Source: Eledone cirrhosa
Lineage: Eukaryota
Direction: 5' to 3'
NCBI GenBank assembly: GCA_964016885.1
Contig: OZ024746.1
Location: forward strand, 58,156,001 to 58,220,000
DNA length: 64,000 nucleotides
Below the pieces are notes generated by a model. It ran no database searches. It saw nothing but the letters and a program-made list of their open reading frames with translations, and was not told the DNA's origin. Position 1 is the first letter of the stretch; every line of letters begins with the position of its first letter. Below are positions 54,806-64,000 of the stretch, in pieces. A program made the translations under genes and the position numbers.

Positions 54806-54990
54806 CGGTGAATTGGCAGTATTGGTAGAGAGACAGACATGCTTTCAAGCGTATTTACGTCCCTTTACGATCTGAGTTCAAATCCCGCCGAGGTTAACTT
54901 TGCCTTTCATCCTTACAGGGTTGATAAAATAAAGTACCAGTAATGTACTGGGTAATTGCTGGCCTTGTGCCAAAAGTAGAAACAATTATT
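54806..54990 (+). mobile_element. SINE family A
   Basis: A and B boxes, core and tail. Confidence 0.9.
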
Positions 54991-55410
<420 letters not shown>

Positions 55411-55659
55411 AACATACAAACAGAAAGTACAACTTTTTTTATGTTTTAAGAACATATTTTTTGTTTCAGCCATACATACCAGGATATTTATTCATTCTAC
55501 ATACCAGGATATTTATTCATTCATGTTGTTTAGTCATAATTTGTTATTTGTTCGAAACAATGTGCCGAAATAAAACATAAAAAATATATATACAAAGAAA
55601 AAAATTGAATAATATAATTCAATAAATAAATATATAAACATAATAATAATAATGATATA

Positions 55660-55667
55660 TTATTAAA

Positions 55668-55723
<56 letters not shown>

Positions 55724-55780
55724 CATTATTATTATTATTGTTATTACTATTATTATTATTATTGTTGTTATTATTATTAT
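55660..55780. repeat. (TTA)n microsatellite
   Basis: Direct reading. Confidence 0.9.
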
Positions 55781-58616
55781 GTTGGTTTCAACAACTGAAT
55801 TGACATCAAAGCACATAGAATATCGAATAAAAGGACTTTGAAATAAAAGGCGACTATGGATTTCTTCTAGTCATCTATTCTGACCATAATTTGCAGTGAC
55901 TAATTGCTATAGGAGTAATGTACTCTTTCACTAGAGGATATATTATCTGAATTCATGCCATAATTATAATTCAATTTTAAACCGAAAAAAAAAAGATAAT
56001 AATAACAACACTACAGTCACAGACAAACAAACAAAATTGAATGAAAAGAGCCATACAGTATTCAGTGTATTAATATCCGAAAGAAAAAATCCAGAATTTA
56101 CTACATGATGTCGATGAAAGATTAATAAACTTGTTCCTGGATAATTACATTTGATAACATTGGCGTATCAAATAACCCAGAGGAATGGCGTCTGCCAAAT
56201 CTTCCAGATGACGTTTGTTAGCCGATACGTCTGCGCTTGGACTTATCTATACAAAAGAGATATTAATATATAAGGATTTCATTTTTACCAATGTTCTGTT
56301 CAGCTTATTTCCAGAGACGTCACAATTGTTAGTATATGGTCGGTTTCTTTAAATGGCGTACATACAAATATAATATAATACAGAACACGTCATAACATGG
56401 TAGTAAAACGAAATAAATATATTTTATTAAAGAGCACGAATACTGGCATAGAAAAGGTGAATAATTACTAAAAACAAAACCAAACAATATATACTGCTAT
56501 TTATCAGTTGTTACTTTTTATATAACACGATTGTGAAAATGTCAGTGAAATAACAGAAACTATAAAGAGGCTGATTATATGTTTTGTAGATTTGTTTCTT
56601 TGTTCGTTTTCTTCGTTTACTATGTTCAATTTTGAGCAGACTCTCTTTTGTTTTACGTTTTTGTAGTTCAGTTACGTTAAATTGAAGGCGCGATCGTCAG
56701 ATTGGATCAAGTAAATTCGGTTTAATATCTGCTCGTTGTAAACGGACGCAGGATTTGAACTTAGATCACCTAACGTCGGATCAGCTACCACAAAACATCC
56801 TGTCGGCTCCTTTTAGACTTGCACTAAACCACAACCCCATTACTACTAATTTGTTTATGGACCCCGAAATACAAATTTGACCTCAGTAGTATTTCCGCTC
56901 AAGGTGCAGAGCGACGGAAATTACCGAAGCATGTAATTTGACGTCTTAACGATTCTACCAAATGTCTCATCATATATATATAGTCGAAGTTCTAATTATA
57001 CCCATAAAGAATCAAGTAACACCCATAATAAATAGTTAAAAACTCATGATTTAAACATGAGATTCTAATTTTTTTTTTTTGGGGGGGGGGGGGGGGTATT
57101 TTACACCAGCTTATATTTCTTATTTACAGTTGATGTCCTTGCGTCAATGCTGATTCACTAAACCTATAATCAGTGACACCCCATTTAAGGTCTCTCAAGC
57201 AGTCACTGACAGTTCCCCGACTGTCGATGGTGCTACCCTAATGGTTAACTAGAGTTCTGGTCCTGAAAATGACATTGATATAGAACAAAACATAAAATGA
57301 TACACAGATCTATGTCGTAGGAAGATTAACACTTTCGTTGCGATAACTCCAATGAAAGACTATAAATTATATGTTATTTCGAACATCATTAAACAATTGG
57401 AAAGATTCAATAATATAAAAACATTCGTTTTATTAAATTGGTGTTTGAAACATAAAATAAACTAAATTCTTACATAAAATTATGCTGCAAGGTATATTAC
57501 ATAAATATACACACTCTAACATAAACATATTAATATCCTAAAGCCACAGGTTATTTCAAGGTTCTGGTAAGGATATTACTTCAAGCAAAGTAACTTTTGT
57601 AAAACCTGGGTAGTAGGAAGTGTGCATCAATATGAAGGAGGTTTAGAGTTGGAGTTTCATATATTAGCGGCGTATTGGACAATCAAGTTGAGGTAGCAAC
57701 GATGCAAAGAGAAGGAAAATCGTGTATGTATACGAAATGTGTTAGCCTGTTAGTAGGCAAGTGAGTGAGGTTTTGCCTATCCGGTGAATGATTTTCCAGA
57801 AATAAATATCTATTTAAATACATTTATACCAACATAGATATTGGCTATATCGTCTTTATCTCTTCTATATAACACATTCAAATCTCAGGTTTCATTTTTG
57901 ACTGATTTTTCTTTATCTTTTTATTTTTCATATACTTTTAACAAAAATTACTTTTGGCAACTCAGACCAGCCGTCGTCTAGTGAAATCTATAACGATTAT
58001 TTCAATGTATTTATAACTGAACTTGTCATTCTCCAGTCAGATTTATTTTTCTGCATTTTATCTTTAATCTTCATAACCCCCGATTACCCCACAAAATCAC
58101 AAACACATTTACTGTTGTTAGAATTTTTATAACACTTGTCTTCAATTGTCTGACCTCTACGTTATTATCTAAATATATTTTACCCTATCAAACAAAAAGG
58201 AAAAATACACAACACTTTAGAGTAATGAAACTCCATGCATATTATTACCATTATTTGAAAGATTGTTGGTATTGTTTCTTATGGTGGCAGTGATATGTCA
58301 CAAGGGGAAAGTTGCTGGGGGTATGGGTCAGCTAATGTCCAAAAGGAAGCTGTACAGCCTAAATATTAAAGCTAATACTTTACAGATATCCTGAAGTGAG
58401 CAAAACATCAATAACCTTGTCAAATAACACTCAAACTACGTCTCAGCAACAACGATCGAAGAACTGCTTTTTACCACGAATTTTTTTAATCAATAACATT
58501 CAGACGGATGTGTATATATACATATATATATATATATCTGTATGTATGTATGCGGGGTGTATATATATATATATATATATATAATTGGAAATCAGTTTGC
58601 AAGTAAATTCGGCCTA

Positions 58617-58679
<63 letters not shown>

Positions 58680-60024
58680 CAGTAGAAATCTGGTGAGTTA
58701 TTTATATCCGTAGTAGTAGAGCACTCAATCCATGGGACAAGTTTGGTAGAAGTAGTTCCACAACTGATAGTTCACCATTACCGAAAAGAATTGTTTCACC
58801 TTATTTAGATCATCATATATAGATATAGATATAAATATACTCAGTTACAAGAGAGTGTTATACAGGTACTTTTGTTGAACCCAACTCATTCAGCCAGTCT
58901 TAAGAAGGAAAATGGCTTCCCTCTGTGGAGATTTTAGAAAGATTTCGAGTGTTCTAAGCGCAAGTAATTCCGAAATTGTTCTATAATTAGAAAAAAATAC
59001 CTTAAATAATGTAAATTAAAAAAATGTTAACTATAAAGAAAACAAAGTCAAATTTTGTTTTACAGCGATAAAAGTGTTAATGTGAAAATTCTAAAGAAAT
59101 AATTTAAAATAATCTACTCTAGGCCATTTTCAGAAAATGTTGTGCTTCATGAGGATGATTGAGGATGATTGAAGCAGTCAAACCTCGTACAGGAACAATA
59201 GTCCTTCATCAGAAAATAGAATGAGAAATTACAGAATAAATAGAAAAATTAAGGAAACTGGCACTGGCGGAAAGGAAAGAAAATTTTTCATGTTGCCATC
59301 TCTAGGAAAACTGTTTAGTGCAAGATAATCTTGTTTTAAAATGTGGTGATCGAGCGCGGTTATCTGAAAAAAAAAACGTTTTAGATAGAGAGCTGTTGTG
59401 CGCGTGCGTATACGTGTGTCCGTGTGAAGCTAAGATATGTGTGTATATATATATGTAAGTATAAGAATATATGTGTGTGCCTGTAAGCACAAAGCTCTGA
59501 GCATATGTGTGTGTATATGTCTGTTAGTTGTTGGTACATAGAGAACTGTGTCGTTATGTGTAGATGTCTGTGTGTATGTGTTTTGTTAGTCTACATAATT
59601 TGTAAAAGTGTGTTTCTGACCATAACAGAGCCATGGTGACATATGGGGTGAATGTACACGCGTGGCTTGCGGTAGAGAAATAAGCATGAGCGTATATGTG
59701 AAAGATTAAAGAAATTGGGAAGGGGTGTTGAGTGCATTGGGGAAACTGGACCCAAGACGGAAGCAGAGATATATTCGAAGCATCAACCAAACATGGATAA
59801 ACACACGTGAAATGATAATTCTAAATATAATTTTGTTATCATGTTCCTTAAAAATGGGGTGATTTTCATGCTGCTCCGTCTTAGCCCCAGAGAAATTACC
59901 CTTCATCAGTGCAGTGTACTGCTTACCTGCCAACTGTCAGAGCCAGTTAAAATATCATATATTTTCTAAAATATACAGTGACTGATCAGTCAGATCTGAT
60001 TATTAGCAGACCCATTGATCAGCC

Positions 60025-60059
<35 letters not shown>

Positions 60060-60362
60060 AAGATACAAAGATAGATTATCCGGGAGCTTCCAACAGAAAT
60101 GGTCGCATTCTTTAAGGGTATGTTAATATTTATTTATAAAACTGATCTATATTATATTTTATCTTATGAAAGCACACCATAATTTAACTTGGTGTCCTTG
60201 AAATATGTATAATGAAATAAATATGGTTTTATAAATATAGCTTCCATTTGTTTATATATCGTATTTTTACTCCAATAATTTGTTGAGTGCTTTATATCAG
60301 TTATAAAAATATTTGCTTGTTGTATCCCAACAATTTAAATAGAACTTCTACATATATATACG

Positions 60363-60934
<572 letters not shown>

Positions 60935-61283
60935 TGTGTACATATGCATACATCTTCTAAATTCACAATAATTTAGGGTTATATGTTAAACTTGTGCGTA
61001 CATTTCATCCAATGACAACGCTGAAAAATAATTACAAGTCTACGAACATAAAATTTCTCGTTCTTTGAAAAGCCTGTATTTTATGAATATTTGTGTATTT
61101 ATTTTTGGTGTGGTTGCCATCAAATTTGTTGCTGTTGTTCTTACTGGTGTTGTTGCAATTGTTGTTATTTGATGCTTTGATGTAACAGTCGTTGTTTTTG
61201 TAGTTGTAGTTTTGCTTCTTATTGTAATTTCTGTTGATGTAGTTGTTATTGTTGTTATCGCTATTGTTGTTCTTGTTGAAAGC

Positions 61284-61479
61284 ACATGGCTTGCAATCGA
61301 AAGATTGTGAGTTCGATCCTCGGACAGAGTGACGCGTTGTGTCCTTGAGCAAGACACTACTTTATTTCACGTTTCTCCTTCTACCTAGAGCTGCAACCGA
61401 TGGATAGTATTAGCAATTGGAAAGACCAATACAAACATTATTTACTCGGTCCGAATTGAGGAAAGTCAATCGACTGGCG

Positions 61480-61541
<62 letters not shown>

Positions 61542-61790
61542 CTTTATTTCACGTCGTTCCATATTACTCAGCTGAGAAATGAGATGTGACGTCACTGGTG
61601 TCAAGCTCTATCGGCCATGGGCTTTCCCATGGACAACATCGGTGGCGTTGAGAACGGAACTGGTATGCATGGGCGACTGCTGGTCTTCCACAAAAAACCG
61701 TGCCCAGACTTATGCCTTGGAGGAGAACTTTCTAGGTGCAAATCCCATGGTCATTCCTTACGGAGGGCGTCTTCTTTTCTGTTCTTGTTG
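61284..61790 (+). mobile_element. SINE family B, interrupted by (TA)n
   Basis: B-box GAGTTCGATCC, then gtgtccttgagcaagacact (CORE-domain-like); ctttatttcacgt repeated either side of the TA insert. Confidence 0.6.
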
Positions 61791-62081
61791 CTGTAATATT
61801 TGCTGTTGTCGTTTTTCTTGTAATTAATCTTGCTATTGCCGTTTCCGTTCAATTTGTTATTGTTGTTTTATTGATTGTTTTTGCTCGTCATTTTAGTGCT
61901 GCTGTTGCTGTAACTGTTGCTCTTGTTCATGTTTGCTAATTGTTATTGTTGTTGGTGGTGTTTGTCTTATTGGTATTATCCTCGTTGTTGTCAACGTTTT
62001 CGTTTCTAACGCTGTATATACCACACAACTTAAACTAACAGCATGAACATCCCTTAATGGCTAGGAATATATATATATGTA

Positions 62082-62456
62082 TAATTGTTTCTACTTTTCG
62101 CACAAGATTAGCAAATACCCAGTTCATTACTGGTACTTTATTTTATCGACCCGGTAAGGGGGAAAGACAAAGTTAACCGCAGCGGAATTTGAACTCAGAC
62201 CGTAAAGGGACGTATCTATGCTGGAAAGCATGGCGTCCGTGGTTTCTTATGTAGGCACAAGGATAGCAATTTTGTGGGAGAGGAAAGTCGATTAAATCGT
62301 CCCCAGTGCATTACTAGTACTTTATTTTATCGACCCGGTAAGGATGAAAGACAAAGTTAACCTAGGCGGGATTTGAACTCAGATCATAAAGGGCAGTAAC
62401 TCGATGCTGCAAAGCATGGCGTCCGTCCCTCTACCGATACTGCCAATCCACCGCCC
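62082..62456 (-). mobile_element. Two adjacent SINE family A copies (62082-62240, 62241-62456)
   Basis: Reverse-complement cores; the second has an intact GGCGGTGGATTGGCAG head. Confidence 0.85.
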
Positions 62457-62979
62457 TTTTGAATATGTATATATATATACATGCTATTCAAGGGATATCA
62501 ATTTCTTTTCTAGAAAAGTATCACAGGATCCACATGACAGGTGCAATGTGTCCGAAAACGAAAGAGCCTTAACTCCCACTGTCATCGCCTCCATCTCTCT
62601 CGCCCTCCCCATCTCTCTTTGTTTTGAGCAAATGGGGTCCTACGTGCTGGCCGCCCCACAACCCCGGCGGACCGAATGGAGAAGGGCGTTTCCCCGAAGG
62701 ATGGTAAGGGAGATGCGCTGGAAGAGACATTCCAAGATGTCCATACAATTTCCGTCTACCCAATTTCAATTCACATGTCTGAATGAAACCAAACCAACTT
62801 AATGACACTCGAACTCGGAACAGCATGGTTGCGATGCAAAGTTTCTAGTCACTCAACTATCTAGTTATTCAATACCGTCGTAGTTCACCTTTATTATATT
62901 AATACAAATTCCACGTGTTGGCCGCCCCACAGTCCCGGCAGACCGAATGGAGAAAGCGTTTCCCCGGAGGATGGTAAGT

Positions 62980-63073
62980 GATAAAATAAAGTACCAGTCA
63001 CGCAATGGAATCGATTTAATCAACTATCCCCTCCCTTACAAAATTGCTGGCCTTGTGCCTATATAAGAAACCA
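62980..63073 (+). mobile_element. SINE family A 3' half (long variant)
   Basis: gataaaataaagtaccag..aattgctggccttgtgcc. Confidence 0.7.
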
Positions 63074-63094
63074 TTTTTTTTTTGTCTTCAGGTG

Positions 63095-63410
63095 AAGGTA
63101 CGTGGCTTTGTGGTTAGGCTCAAGATTGTAAGCTCGGGAGTTCGATTCCCAGTGGTACATTTGTGTCCTTGAGCAAAAGACTTTATTTCACATTGCTTAT
63201 GTTCACACAACTGGCAAAATTAAGCCACACCTGTAACTCGGAGGGTCAGTCTTGTCACATTTGGTGTCATGTGGAAACTCCCTGAGAACTAGGTTAAAGC
63301 TTACACGCGTTTGTGAAATGCTTGAGCCACATGCACGTTAATTTCACGAGTACGCTCATCTGTTGATCGTATCAATTCAAACACTGATCGTCGTAACCGA
63401 CGAGTTGTCT
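63095..63410 (+). mobile_element. SINE family B
   Basis: TGGCTTTGTGG A-box-like, GGAGTTCGATTCCC B box, tgtgtccttgagcaa. Confidence 0.7.
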
Positions 63411-63762
63411 TCGCCTTGAAGTTGATGAAGGTGTTATTTGCGGTTATGATGTTGATATTATTATTATTATTGGCGGCGTTGAGGTATAATTCATTAAATT
63501 ATTAATGTTAGTCGTTACTGTATTATATTTGGTTCTACATAGATTACCTTAGGCTGTCTATGTAGAATTAGTCTTCAGTAATTACAGACTAACAGGACAC
63601 CATTCTGTCTTATCAATATAGTTCCTACTTGTACACAATTCCTTACATATTTCATTCATTTCCTGCTTTTTTTGCCGATGTGTTCCATTCCATCGAACTA
63701 CAACTACAATTATTGCTGCTACTACTACTACTACTACTGATACTACTACTAATAATAATAAT

Positions 63763-63930
63763 AATTGTTTCTACTTTTGGTACAAGGCCAGCAATCATCC
63801 CAGTGTATTACTGGTACTTTATTTTAACGACCCCGTAAGGATGAAAGGCAAAGTTAAACTCGGTGGGATTTGAACTCAGACCATAATGGGTCGCAAAACA
63901 TTGCGTCAGACTCTCTACCGATACTGCCAA
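63763..63930 (-). mobile_element. SINE family A
   Basis: Reverse-complement core, B box and A box. Confidence 0.85.
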
Positions 63931-64000
63931 TAATAATGATTTCTTTATTAACCACAAGTGTTTACATAAAGTAGACATTAAGGACAGTACAGTACAGGAC
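63931..64000 (-). mobile_element. 3' end of a third young Tx1-like copy (runs off the window)
   Basis: Reverse complement of 45577-45635 tail. Confidence 0.85.

Overview
AT-rich, microsatellite-dense eukaryotic (animal) DNA. The SINE types and the (TA)n/(TAA)n load suggest a mollusc, probably a cephalopod (inference). There is one 200-N gap (12618-12817). No host gene can be supported, and most ORFs in the track are microsatellite artefacts. The window holds two repeat 'ecosystems'. (1) (TA)n tracts, mostly 3-27 kb and ~60 kb, carry Penelope-like element (PLE) remnants: GIY-YIG fragments of several lineages, 5'-inverted pseudo-LTR pieces, fold-back mini-elements and many type I hammerhead ribozyme (HHR) motifs. 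(2) A (TAA)n-associated cluster at 32-51 kb holds four R4/Dong-like RLE-LINE copies (minus strand) and two L1/Tx1-like LINEs (plus strand); tRNA-derived SINEs are scattered across the window. The best candidate for an undescribed system is a near-perfect 483-bp non-coding tandem array (7481-8744) with a complete type I HHR in each unit, i.e. a retrozyme-like element predicted to give 483-nt monomer or circular RNAs. Other highlights are a nested A-B-C...C'-B'-A' inverted arrangement, an ORF1/5'UTR swap between the two Tx1 copies, and a shared SINE/Tx1 3' tail. Coordinates were read by eye and may be off by a few bases.
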